This document shows, one piece after another, positions 50,232 through 62,550 of a stretch of 64,000 nt of DNA; position 1 is the first letter of the stretch, and each line of letters opens with the position of its first letter. The notes below the pieces were generated by a model. The model was not told where the DNA came from. It did not search any database and saw nothing but the letters and a program-made list of their open reading frames with translations. The DNA comes from Ylistrum balloti (Eukaryota). The stretch spans positions 558,001 to 622,000 of the forward strand of contig NW_026781974.1 in NCBI RefSeq assembly GCF_031769215.1, written 5' to 3'. The translations under genes were made by a program, and so were the position numbers.

Positions 50232-51430
50232 AGTCCCCTCTTTTAGTACCAAAAGGGTGTACTCACTGACTGAGGGACACAATACAAACCTATGATCCCC
50301 TCTGTCAGTACCAATAGGGTGTACTCACAGACTGAGGGACACAATACAAACCTATGATCCCCTCTGTCAGTACCAATAGGGTGTACTCACAGACTGAGGG
50401 ACACAATACAAACCTATGATCCCCTCTGCCGGTTCCAATAGGGTGTACTCACAGACTGAGGGACACAATACAAACCTATGATCCCCTCTGTTAGTACCAA
50501 TAGGGTGTACTCACTGACTGAGGGACAAAGTACAAACCTATAGTCCCCTCTGTCAGTACCAATAGGGTGTACTCACAGACTGAGGGACACAATACAAACC
50601 TATAGTCTGCTCTGTCAGTACCAATAGGGTGTACTCACAGACTGAGGGACACAATACAAACCTATGATCCCCTCTGTCGGTTCCAATAGTGTGTACTCAC
50701 TGACTGAGGGACAAAGTACAAACCTATAGTCCCCTCTGTCAGTACCAATAGGGTGTACTCACAGACTGAGGGACACAATACAAACCTATAGTCTGCTCTG
50801 TTAGTACCAATAGGGTGTACTCGTAGACTGAGGGACACAATACAAACCTATGATCCCCTCTGTTAGTACCAATAGGGTGTACTCACAGACTGAGGGACAC
50901 AATACAAACCTATAGTCCGCTCTGTTAGTACCAATAGGGTGTACTCGTAGACTGAGGGACACAATACAAACCTATGATCCCCTCTGTCAGTACCAATAGG
51001 GTGTACTCACAGACTGAGGGACACAATACAAACCTATGATCCCCTCTGTCGGTTCCAATAGGGTGTACTCACAGACTGAGGGACACAATACAAACCTATG
51101 ATCCCCTCTGTTAGTACCAATAGGGTGTACTCACAGACTGAGGGACACAATACAAACCTATAGTCCGCTCTGTTAGTACCAATAGGGTGTACTCGTAGAC
51201 TGAGGGACACAATACAAACCTATGATCCCCTCTGTCAGTACCAATAGGGTGTACTCACAGACTGAGGGACACAATACAAACCTATAGTCCGCTCTGTCAG
51301 TACCAATAGGGTGTACTCACAGACTGAGGGACACAATACAAACCTATGATCCCCTCTGTCGGTTCCAATAGGGTGTACTCATAGACTGAGGGACACAATA
51401 CAAACCTATAGTCGGCTCTGTCAGTGCCAA
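50232..51430. repeat. 62-bp minisatellite, about 19 copies
   Basis: GTACCAATAGGGTGTACTCACAGACTGAGGGACACAATACAAACCTATGATCCCCTCTGTCA with period 62. Confidence 0.97.
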
Positions 51431-51656
51431 TATACATACAATTATATAACTTAATCCTTTATATTAATTACCATGCTGTCATTGTTATTTATAACAAAAT
51501 GTCTCCATTAAGAGATGATGAGAATCTCAAAATTGTATCTTTCATACAATTTGATGAAACTTGAATGATGGTACCAATCACCAAACTAGTATGCTAGTTA
51601 CTCCCAAACTTGGAAATAGTCTGGTATCGGCAAATGAAATTGCTAGCAGCCAAATT

Positions 51657-52637
51657 TTATGAGGTCACATCTTTCCTTGTCCAAGTCTCCCAGTTAAACT
51701 TGTAGCTGTAGCTAAGACGGTGAGTTCTCTGTAGAAGCTCTTGAATATCACAGTACCGTTTCACTGGATTGACCAAGTACTGTAGTTTAACATGTGTGGC
51801 AAATTGGATATGTTTGAAGTTGTTGATGAGTGATGTAGCAAGTAATGATTCCAACACATCATACTCACATCCTTCACAATTCAGAGTTAGTAAGTCGACA
51901 TCGTAACAACCAACACCTAGTTTTGTCAGAAAAACTGTTGTGTTGACAACCTTTAGAGAACAGGTTCCCTCTGCAGTCTTTGCTAAGAATGGTGATGTAG
52001 CATCACCATCATGACCTTCGATACTCAACATAAACACTTCGTTCTTTTTACCTAAACCTACATTATAGGTTACAATATTATGCCGGAGTGTAAACTTTTT
52101 GACAAGGTTTCTATAAAGAAGCTTCAGTGGTTCCAGAATCACATAATTCTTTGGATTGTAGTGCTGTATGAAATACTCAGCATCCTCCCCAACGTTGCCT
52201 CCAACATCGATAACCAGGCTCTGATTGGTCAGATATTTGTGATGATGATGACGAACATACTGATTATCGCCATACCAAAATAATTCATGGGCTGCCTTGA
52301 AGTCATGTTCATAGTTTTGTACGCAATGATCAGCACGACTCTGCTCGTTCTTGTTAAGAAGAATTGGGTGTACTGAAACTTTACCGAGACAATCCTGTTG
52401 TGTTGCACCAGCAAATGGGAGAAACTCAACTTTTTCTAAACCAGACAAACGGAGTTGTTCTGGATCCTCTATACATATATAAATTGGGTTCTGCTTAGGA
52501 CATTTAGATTTCTGATAAATAATAATAACCATTAAGAATAAGCAGAGAATAATCACACAACGGAAAAGATGACTAGGGTTTTGTAGGATTCCTTTGATCA
52601 TGAGAGCTGGTCGCTGATTCAGTGTTGTAGAGGCCAT
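51657..52637 (-). CDS. FkbM-family (Methyltransf_21) SAM-dependent methyltransferase, type II membrane protein, 326 aa
   Basis: Acceptor TTGTTTTATCCGTGTTTCAG at 52693-52712, ATG at 52637; TM LFRCVIILCLFLMVIIIY; motifs VIDVGGNVG, ILEP, NVGLG, LLTLNCEGCEYDVL, HIQFATH; no introns in CDS. Confidence 0.85.
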   Translation of the reverse strand: MASTTLNQRPALMIKGILQNPSHLFRCVIILCLFLMVIIIYQKSKCPKQNPIYICIEDPEQLRLSGLEKVEFLPFAGATQQDCLGKVSVHPILLNKNEQSRADHCVQNYEHDFKAAHELFWYGDNQYVRHHHHKYLTNQSLVIDVGGNVGEDAEYFIQHYNPKNYVILEPLKLLYRNLVKKFTLRHNIVTYNVGLGKKNEVFMLSIEGHDGDATSPFLAKTAEGTCSLKVVNTTVFLTKLGVGCYDVDLLTLNCEGCEYDVLESLLATSLINNFKHIQFATHVKLQYLVNPVKRYCDIQELLQRTHRLSYSYKFNWETWTRKDVTS

Positions 52638-52938
52638 GTTGAATTTATTTCTGTCATACAGACACCATCTGAACCATCTGAAGTGTATATACCTGAAACA
52701 CGGATAAAACAATGTATAAATTGTGTTTATTCAGCTTTAAAGGCACATGGAAAGGGCAAAATTTTTCAGACATTTTCATGAAAATGCTGAAAAAATTACA
52801 GTCTTTAGTAATAAGTGCAATTATTTGACAGTGTTTTGTGTAACTATTATAATTCAGAAAGAAAGACACCAGAGAAATGACTAAATGATGTTGAGCTGAT
52901 TAAGATCTTTCTTGAATACAAGCAATAATGGTTACCAT

Positions 52939-53556
52939 AAATTCTTTGACCAGAAAATTCAGACAATAAAACACAAATTCTTTGACCAGAAAATTCAGAC
53001 AATAAAACACAAATTCTTTCACCAGAAAATTCAGACAATAAAACACAAATTCTTTCACCAGAAAATTCAGACAATAAAACACAAATTCTTTCACCAGAAA
53101 ATTCAGACAATGAAACACAAATTCTTTCACCAGAAAATTCAGACAATAAAACACAAATTCTTTCACCAGAAAATTCAGACAATAAAACACAAATTCTTTC
53201 ACCAGAAAATTCAGACAATAAAACACAAATTCTTTCAGAAAATTCAGACAATAAAACACAAATTCTTTCACCAGAAAATTCAGACAATAAAACACAAATT
53301 CTTTCACCAGAAAATTCAGACAATAAAACACAAATTCTTTCACCAGAAAATTCAGACAATAAAACACAAATTCTTTCACCAGAAAATTCAGACAATAAAA
53401 CACAAATTCTTTCACCAGAAAATTCAGACGATAAAACACAAATTCTTTCACCAGAAAATTCAGACAATAAAACACAAATTCTTTCACCAGAAAATTCAGA
53501 CAATAAAACACAAATTCTTTCACCAGAAAATTCAGACAATAAACACAAATTCTTTC
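52939..53556. repeat. 36-bp minisatellite, about 17 copies
   Basis: AAATTCTTTCACCAGAAAATTCAGACAATAAAACAC; produces the repetitive ORFs in three frames. Confidence 0.97.
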
Positions 53557-53734
53557 AAAGTTTCCATATATTTGAATTTTGCATCAACTTTGTTCTTTCT
53601 AATGCAAAATATTTAATTTGAGAGCATATTAACACTGTAAAGACTTTCAGAGGGATATATGTTGAATATCTATGTACATGACATTATTATCATACAGGAA
53701 ATATTTCAAAACATCTAACCAATCTGTACCAAGT

Positions 53735-54390
53735 TTGATTTATACAGGGTCAGTATTGTTGGGTATATATGATTCAACTATACTGGGTCTTGTTTATACA
53801 GGATCAGTATTGTTAGGTATATATTTGGTCAGTCTATACAGGGTCTGGGTTATACAGGGTCAGTATTGTTGGGTGTATATTTGGTCAGTCTATACAGGGT
53901 CTAGGTTATACAGGGTCAGTATTGTTGGGTATATAATTGGTCAGTCTATACAGGGTCAGTATTGTTAGGTATATATTTGGTCAGTCTATACAGTGTCTTG
54001 TTTATATAGGGTCAGTATTGTTAGGTATATATTTGGTCAGTCTATACAGAGTCTTGTTTATATTTGGTGTCTATACAGGGTCTTGTTTATACAGGGTCAG
54101 TAATGTTAGGTATATATTTGGTGTCTATACATGGTCTTGTTTATACAGGGTCAGTAATGTTAGGTATATATTTGGTCAGTCTATACAGAGTCTTGTTTAT
54201 ATTTGGTGTCTATACAGGGTCTTGTTTATATTTGGTGTCTATACAGGGTCTTGTTTATACAGGGTCAGTGTTGTTAGCTATATATTTGGTGTCTATACAG
54301 AGTCTTGTTTATATTTGGTGTCTATACAGGGTCTTGTTTATATTTGGTGTCTATACAGGGTCTTGTTTATACAGGGTCAGTAATGTTTGG
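53735..54390. repeat. Complex minisatellite of about 40-bp and 29-bp related units
   Basis: TATACAGGGTCAGTATTGTTAGGTATATATTTGGTCAGTC and TATACAGGGTCTTGTTTATATTTGGTGTC units interleaved. Confidence 0.9.
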
Positions 54391-55929
54391 AATATGGCAT
54401 GTTTACACATGTTTTTTTTACAGTAATTGAAACTAGCAGTTAAATTTGATATGCTGGTGAAAAAGAAAAAAAAAGTCAGGTCATATGAGTTTTATCTGAT
54501 TATCAATATCATGTTCACAACAAGAGATTGAATGGTCTCCAGATAGAACCAGACAGTAATAATAGATGATATCTATTGATAACCTTTTCAAATTGTAGAC
54601 TTAAACATTCACAATGGTATCATCCACACAGACAATTTCATTTTTCAGATCGAAAACACTGCCCTCCTTTGGTGTATTTAAACATAAAAATGAGTTCTTT
54701 ATAAAACGCACTCCAACAGGCTCCAAACAAACACCAGTCAGTCACTTCTGTTAAAGGGACATCACTCTCATTAAAGGGAAATATCATTAGAAATTGAATG
54801 GACACATTGTGTAAACCCCATTTATGTCTAGATGTTATCTCAGAACACTTAGTCCATCCTAAATGTCCAGTCTGACCACTTAAATTGTTTTTAGTAAGCC
54901 CTCTAGATATCACAAGAATGATATACATAACTCATAAAAAACTCCTAAACATACATTGACAGCATTAATAAAGACTGTAAATATTTTGTTTGCTGTACAA
55001 TCTAATTTTTCAAAGATCATTGCACACTGATTATAACAGCTTTAACTTCATTTCATATACCGTATGATTTAAAACATGTGTCATTTCACCATCACAATTT
55101 TCTAGGTCCCCCTTTACAACACATTCTTACTCGTCAACTTTGATTTACTCAAACACTTGCTGTTTCCTCATTCCTATAGTAATTGTTTCATATTATTCAG
55201 AATCTTTCTACTGGTTACACTGGCTTCCCATCCTGATCCTGTGATTACACAAGTACTCTTTGACAACGCCTTGCTTTGTAAATAATAACACAAGACAATT
55301 CTATAAATTAGAGTACTCCACCAAATGAGAAATCATATGCCAAAAATGCAACAAAAGTGAATCCCTACCCTTTGTAAGAAGTTCCATTGCCAAGAAGTGC
55401 TAGAAATAGAGTCTGGACAAGATGGCTGAATGACAGAAGAAAGGATAGATGGACCGATGGACACAATACAAATTTAAATCCTCTCCAAATCTCTTGTGGT
55501 GGACTTTTAATATATGTAGTTTTTGTTCACGATCACTTCACACCCTTTCATTTACAATAACTAGTTCTTCAATGTGTATGCAGTTAGTTTTCAATCTTTG
55601 TAAATATTTGTGAGCAATCTAAGTACAACAAGTACTTATTGTAATGGTGACCATTACAAATGTCCCCCAAACGACCCCTTCAGCAGTAAATGATCACAAT
55701 AATCAGACCTGCAGTCATGCCAAACATGAACACACCAGTTTTGAATAGAAATGAGAACGTAAAATTTTTAAAACATCAGAAGAGAGGAAATGTTGATGCT
55801 TTTAGTTTGGTATAAAGAGAAGTGTCCTAACCTCAGTATGACAAAGAGTTTATTTTGTGTCTGCTACTTTCAATATTAAGTACTTCTCAATGGTCCATTT
55901 AAACATAAAGGGTAAAAGGCGTCAAATAG

Positions 55930-56135
55930 ACTACGCCTTTTTGCTCCGTTTGCCACCTAATACATATATACCAATTTTCACGAAAATCGGACAATATCTA
56001 AAATTTGGCCAAATTTTGACCACAGATGACCGATCGATGGCCGAATGAAAAATGGACCACGCCATTTTGCTCCTATAGTGCCACCTAATACATATATACC
56101 AATTTTCACAAAAATCGGACAATATCTAAAAAGTT
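55930..56135. repeat. Two-copy 129-bp-period repeat
   Basis: GCCACCTAATACATATATACCAATTTTCAC.AAAATCGGACAATATCTAAAA at 55952 and 56081. Confidence 0.8.
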
Positions 56136-57929
56136 TTGACCGACTGGAAAAATTCAAGTGGCCTGCACTCCGCCTCGCATGTATGAATAGGTGTGTAAAG
56201 TTTTATTAAATTTCATGCAACAATTTTAGAGAAACATAATTAAGGATCTATATTCAAGTCAGTGGTATTACCATATGGATTCACATTAAATTTTTTGCTA
56301 ATTTTCTTTATCCCAATGAATAATTTTCATCAATATGTTATCTACATGTACCGGGCAGTCATGATGATAAATGTAAAATGTGATAAATTGGACGCTTGAC
56401 TTCCTCAGCAACAGATATCAGAGAGTATTAGTCAATGGAAACTTTATTCAAAACATATCACATGAAAAAATGTCATTCCACATGGATGCGTTTTAGTTGC
56501 AGTTTTATTTGATGTTTACCTGAAGTACCTGTATCTCTATCTGTTTTATTCGCTGATGACACAAAATTATAGACAAATAAGAAGTGAAGATGTACAGATT
56601 TTATAGAATGATCTGTATGAATTGCAAATTGCCCAGCTTATGAGTCAAGATAATATGCCGATGTCTTCCCTGTACAGTTACTCTGCCTACGACAACATGT
56701 TTACAAAGTAGATCAGTTGTGATGATAGTGAGTTGTAGTCTGGAATTGTTGTACAGGTAACTTGTACAGGTAAATCATATAATCAAGTTCTGATACCTGT
56801 TCAGAAATATGTTAATAACTGGAAAAAATGACTAAAATATACTTGTTAAGACTGTTCCAATCCCAAGCTGTTAAATGGGAAATGTATAAAACCACAGTAC
56901 ATTTTGGAGAATTATCATATTTCAATCAGCACTTTGAAGGATCAATTTCTCATTGCTTGATTTATTACTTAACTTTCGTCACACATATATTAGTTAATCT
57001 CGGTCTCAGGGTAGGTCTTCTCGGTGCAATGTTTAAATATAACACAGCCGTGTAGGGATCTAACATGATCTTACATGTTAATAGTTAAATAATAATATTA
57101 CCAAATATTGATATTTAGTAACTATTTTATAATACATATATATACTAAAAATTGTGTTATAATTAATAAAGACAAACAGAAACTTTATCTATTTCATTAA
57201 TGATGTCATGTGAACTGGTGCCGATCTCTCAGACAAGCTAGTGTCTCAAAGACCGACGTTGTCTGGGTTTTTTTTTTTTCTCGTATATATATATAATGGT
57301 TGTGGCATACATGTATGTGCGATGTGAGTGTATAGAATTCATGGGATGTAATGGATTAAGGACTTCCTATTGCTTATAGGGTGAGTTGCTTTCGTTTGCT
57401 TATGGTGATCTAAATTTTCTTCTTTTTCCTCATGTACTTATATTATGATCTATTTATTTATCTATTACCTTATATATATCCCATTCATTATTATTTGATT
57501 TAGTATTTTTACAGATATATAGATATATATATATTCTCTATTTGAATGATGCCATAATAGCCGTATTCATTTTCCTTGTAATACCATATATTTCCGGAAA
57601 ATTGGATCCGGTCCGGTTTTTACCCTTATGTTTAGTCTGTACATTTGACTTCCGGCTATCCGTGATAACAACAAGCAGGCCTGCTCTCAGCTGGATTTTG
57701 TAAGTGCTCGGTGGTGGTCCAGTGTGTCTTGGCCACTCAAAAATGCTTTTACTTACACCTCTTTCATTTCTTCTCTGCAGAACTTTAATGCTCCTTTTTC
57801 TTCTACCTCATCTGGATCTAGAGATGGTTCTCTCGACTACCAGCTTTCTCTCTGCCGCTTTCCTGTTTCTCGCAAGTTTTTTTATGGTGAAGCTTTTTCC
57901 TACTGGTGATCACATATATCAGTTCGATT

Positions 57930-60900
57930 ATGGATGAATTAAATATTCTATCGGCTAACTGTCAGGGACTGGGGGATCATATCAAACGAAAAGATGTGTT
58001 TTCTTATTTAAGACAGAAACATTATAATATCTATTGTATACAAGATACCCATTTCAACTGAAAGATATGTGTATTACGCTTATCAACTTGTATGGGCCCA
58101 ACTTAGATGATCCATTTTTTTACAATACATTGTCTGACACAATTGATAGTTTTGGAAATGATAAGGTAATGATATGTGGAGATTTTAATCTTGTTCTAGA
58201 TCCAAATAAAGATTACGATAATAGTTACACCACTGTGAATAACCCAAAAGCTAGAGATAAAGTTTTAGATATTATTAAAAATTACAATCTAATTGATATT
58301 TTTAGAGAGTATTACCCTGATTACCAAAGGTATACTTGGAGGGAAAAAAATCCATTGAAACAGTCAAGATTAGATTTCTTTTTAATTTCAGAAAATTTAT
58401 TAGGTAGTGTGAAAGGGCCATCTATAGAGGCAGGTTATCTTTCTGATCACTCTTTTCCGAAACTTACAGTTAAACTTCAGGAATTTAAAAAAGGTAAAGG
58501 ATTATGGAAATTTAATAACTCTCTTTTATATGATACAGAATATATAGACGTTGTTAAAAATGTAATTAATGAAACAAAAGTGCAATACTGTCTTCCTGTT
58601 TACAATTTGGAAAATCTTGATCTTATTGCGGATGATGAATTACAATTGAAAATCAATGATCAGTTATTTCTTGAAACTTTGTTGATGAATATTAGAGGTA
58701 AAACTATATTGTATGCTGCTTACAAAAAGAAATTACAAAATATACAGGAAAATGAGCTTAATAAGTCTATTGAGGCATTGGAAAAAGAAGAGATTATTGA
58801 TGTAGCAGAAATAGATAGAAAGAAGAGGGAACTGGAGGAAATTAGAGTTAAAAAAATTAAGGGAAGTATAGTGAGATCAAGAGCTAAATGGGAAGAGGAA
58901 GGAGAAAAGCCAACTAGTTACTTTTTTAATCTAGAAAATAGAAATTTCACTTCTAAAATTATCCCTAAAGTACAGCTTAGTAATGGTAGTTTTGTAACAA
59001 AACAAGAAGATATTTTGAATGAAATAAGGTATTTTTATGAAAAACTATGACTCAAATAATAATTTAGATGATATAACTCTCGAAACTTTTCTTGATTTTG
59101 AAAACATTCCAAAACTTAATGAAGCTGAGTCTAGAAATTTAGAAGGATTAGTAACTATTAAAGAAGCATATAATATTCTAAAAAATATGAAAAATAACAA
59201 AAGTCCTGGTTCAGATGGTTATACGGCTGAATTTTTCAAGTTTTTCTGGAAACAACTTGGTCTTTTTATTGTTAGGTCTTTAAACTATGGATACATTACA
59301 GGGGAATTATCAATCACACAACGTTATGGGATTATTACTTGCATTCCAAAGAAAGGTAAGCCACGCCATTTTATTAAAAACTGGAGACCAATAACTCTAT
59401 TGAACATTGTATATAAAATAGCTTCAGGGGTAATTGCAAAAAGGATAAAATCTGTACTTGATAAACTCATAAATAAGGATCAGACGGGGTTTTTAGCGGG
59501 TCGATACATTGGTGAAAACACTAGGCTACTATATGATGTTATGAAATTCACAGAAGATAATGACATCCCTGGTATGATTCTTATGGTAGATTTTGAAAAG
59601 GCATTTGACTCAGTGTCCTGGAAATTCATAGAAAAGGTATTGATTTATTTTGGCTTTGGAAATAGTATACGTAACTGGATAAAACTTTTTCATAGAAATG
59701 TAGGGGCTTCAGTAAATCAAGGGGGTAATCTGTCATCATTCTTTTCTATTAAAAGAGGCTGTCGTCAGGGTGATCCGGTAGCACCATACATCTTTATTCT
59801 CTGTGCAGAAATTCTTGCAATTAGATTCAGAAACAATAAAAATATACATGGCATCCAAGTTGATGATACAGACATTCTAGTTTCTCAGTATGCAGATGAT
59901 ACTTATTTGACTTTAGATGGTACGGAACACTCCCTAAGAGAATCAATAAGTGAATTACAAACATTTGCAGATATCTCAGGCTTAAAAATGAATACCGATA
60001 AAACAGAAGTCATTTGGATCGGTAGCAAGAAACACAGTCAAGATAAATTTTTACCAGAATTAGACTTACAATGGGGAAAAGAAACATTTTGTTTATTGGG
60101 TATTGATTTCAGTGTTAATCTCCATGAAATGGTCAGAATGAACTTTGATATGAAAATAGTAAAACTAAAAAGCCTTATAAATACTTGGAGTAGACGCAAT
60201 TTAACTCCCATAGGAAAAATCCACTTAATTAAATCTTTGATGATTTCACAGTTTAATCATTTATTTATTTCCCTGCCCAATCCAGATGGTAAAACAATCC
60301 AGACAATTAACTCTATATTATTTGAATTTCTATGGCACAGTAAAGTTGATAAAGTTAAAAGAGAAACTATAGTTCAGGATTATACAGTTGGTGGGTTAAA
60401 AATGCTGCATGTTGCTAATTTTATCGATTCATTGAAATTGAGTTGGATCAAACGGTTATATCAGTCTTCTGGAAAATGGAAATGTATTCTGATAAAATCC
60501 GTAAACATTAATAGGCTTTTAGATATTGGAGGCACTTTTATTCAGGTAAGTACAGATATATGTGATAATTTGTTTTGGAAAGATGTATTAAAAGCTTGGG
60601 GGAGATTAGAAAATTCAGAAAATATGAAAACAATCAAAGGGAAATCACTCTTGCTAACACCTGTATGGTATAATTGTAATATTACCATTGGAGGTAAAAC
60701 AATCTTCTACCCACACTGGTATGAAAAAGGTGTTTATCTAATTGGTGATTTTGTTAAGGATTTTAGTAATAACACTTTGTTTTCATATGAGGAATTTATT
60801 CAGAAATTTAACATAAACACTGATTTTTTGAAATATTATGCAATAATTTCAGCAATAAGGAAAAGCTTGCAGAATTATAATATTGTTGAGTATAAATTTA

Positions 60901-61577
60901 TACGTCCTACTCTACCAATCCACATATCTATTTTTTTAGATATCAATAAAGGTTCAAAGAGATTTTATGGAATACTTAACAATATTAAATCACTTGTGTC
61001 CAAGGGAAGGGAAAAGTGGGGGGAACATTTTGATTTCACAAATGATGACTGGCTAGCTATATATACATTACCTTTTCAAGTCACTAAAAGCTCCAAATTT
61101 CAATGGCTACAGTTTAGAATTTCCCACAACATCTTAACTACAAACTCATTTCTTTTTAAAGTAAGGATATTAGATAGTCCTTTATGTACTCTCTGTAATG
61201 CTGAGACAGAAACAATTGTACACCTGTTTTGGGAATGTGATGAAGTCCAGAATCTTTTGCAAAGTCTAGATAGATTACTAGATGCTTTATATATTCCTTT
61301 TACTGTTAACAAACAAACAATACTTTTTGGCAAGATAGATAATGGGACCAACCTAATATATAGTGTTGATAACCAAATTATTTTACTCATAAAACAATAT
61401 ATTTACAGAACTAGATGTTTACATAAGTCCCTCAGCATTAATGCTCTAACCTGTGCCATCCATGATTATTATAAGGTTCAAAAATATATCGCGTATACTA
61501 AATGGGAAAGGGTTAAAGACAAATTTGCACTAGGGTGGAAAAAATGGGAGAAATTTATAAAAATCATGAACGACTAA
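57930..61577 (+). pseudogene. LINE ORF2 (APE endonuclease, RT, C-terminal zinc finger), disrupted
   Basis: SANCQGLG...CIQDTH, GDFN, SRLDFFL, SDH; KSPGSDG, WRPITLLN, VDFEKAFD, GCRQGDP, QYADD; CTLC...ETIVHLFWEC; deletion/frameshift near 58050 and frameshift near 59045. Confidence 0.93.
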
Positions 61578-61908
61578 TATTACTACTACTCTGTTACTAT
61601 ATCGATATATGATTTTTTTACTCAAACATAATTAAGATACTCAATACTTAATTTTGAATATGAATCAATAAACCTGATATGGTTACCAGTCCCTGACAAT
61701 GGCCATCATCTGTACCAACAAATTTTCAGTTTGGTAAATTATTTAAAATCACCATCTGCTTTATATAGTTTTATTTAAGTCTTGAATTCCTTCCTGTTTC
61801 CTTCCCTATCTGCTTTCTTTCTCTCTTCCTCTCTCTAGCCATCTGCCTTCTTTCTCTCCTCTATCTAACCATTTTCTATCATAATCTGTCTCTTCTCTCC
61901 TTTTTTCT

Positions 61909-61945
<37 letters not shown>

Positions 61946-62077
61946 GGGCGTGTGTGTGTGAACTTCTTTGTGTACATACAATGAAAAAATGCAAAAAATA
62001 AAATAAATATAAAAAAAGTTGATTATTTATGCTGTACATTAGATATATGATGAACACTCACAATTTGACAAATCCGT

Positions 62078-62550
62078 AGATGATGATGATGATGATGATG
62101 ATGATGCATGTTAGTGATGATGTGTATGATGATGCATGCTAATGATGATATATATGTGTATTAGGATGATGTGTATGATAATACATGTAAGTGATGATGT
62201 GTATGATAATACATGTTTAATGATGATGTGTATGATAATACATGTTTAATGATGATGTGTATGAGGATGATGTGTATAATAATACATACATGATATGTAT
62301 GATGATACATGTTAATGGTGATGTGTATGGTGACGATGTGTATGATAATACATGTTTAATGATGATGTGTATGACGATACATGTTAATGATGATGTGTAT
62401 GATGATGATGTGTATGAGAATATATGTTTAATGATGATGTGTATGATGGTACATGTTTAATGATGATGTGTATGATGATGATGTGTATGATGATACATGT
62501 TTAATGATGATGTATGTGATGATAATGTGTATGATGATACATGTTGGACA
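62078..62550. repeat. GAT-rich low-complexity minisatellite inside the LINE insertion
   Basis: (GAT)n start then repeated GATGATGTGTATGATAATACATGTTTAAT-like units. Confidence 0.9.

Noticed and set aside
50232-51430. CRISPR array
   Set aside because: Units are head-to-tail with no unique spacers, no cas genes, eukaryotic context.
52847-53616. 207-234 aa repetitive ORFs in three frames
   Set aside because: Result of a 36-bp unit lacking stops in some frames; lies in the presumed intron upstream of the methyltransferase exon.
53672-54426. Hydrophobic repetitive ORFs
   Set aside because: Translations of the complex minisatellite.
57704-57937. Short ORFs as LINE ORF1
   Set aside because: Too short, low complexity, no RRM, coiled-coil or CCHC features.
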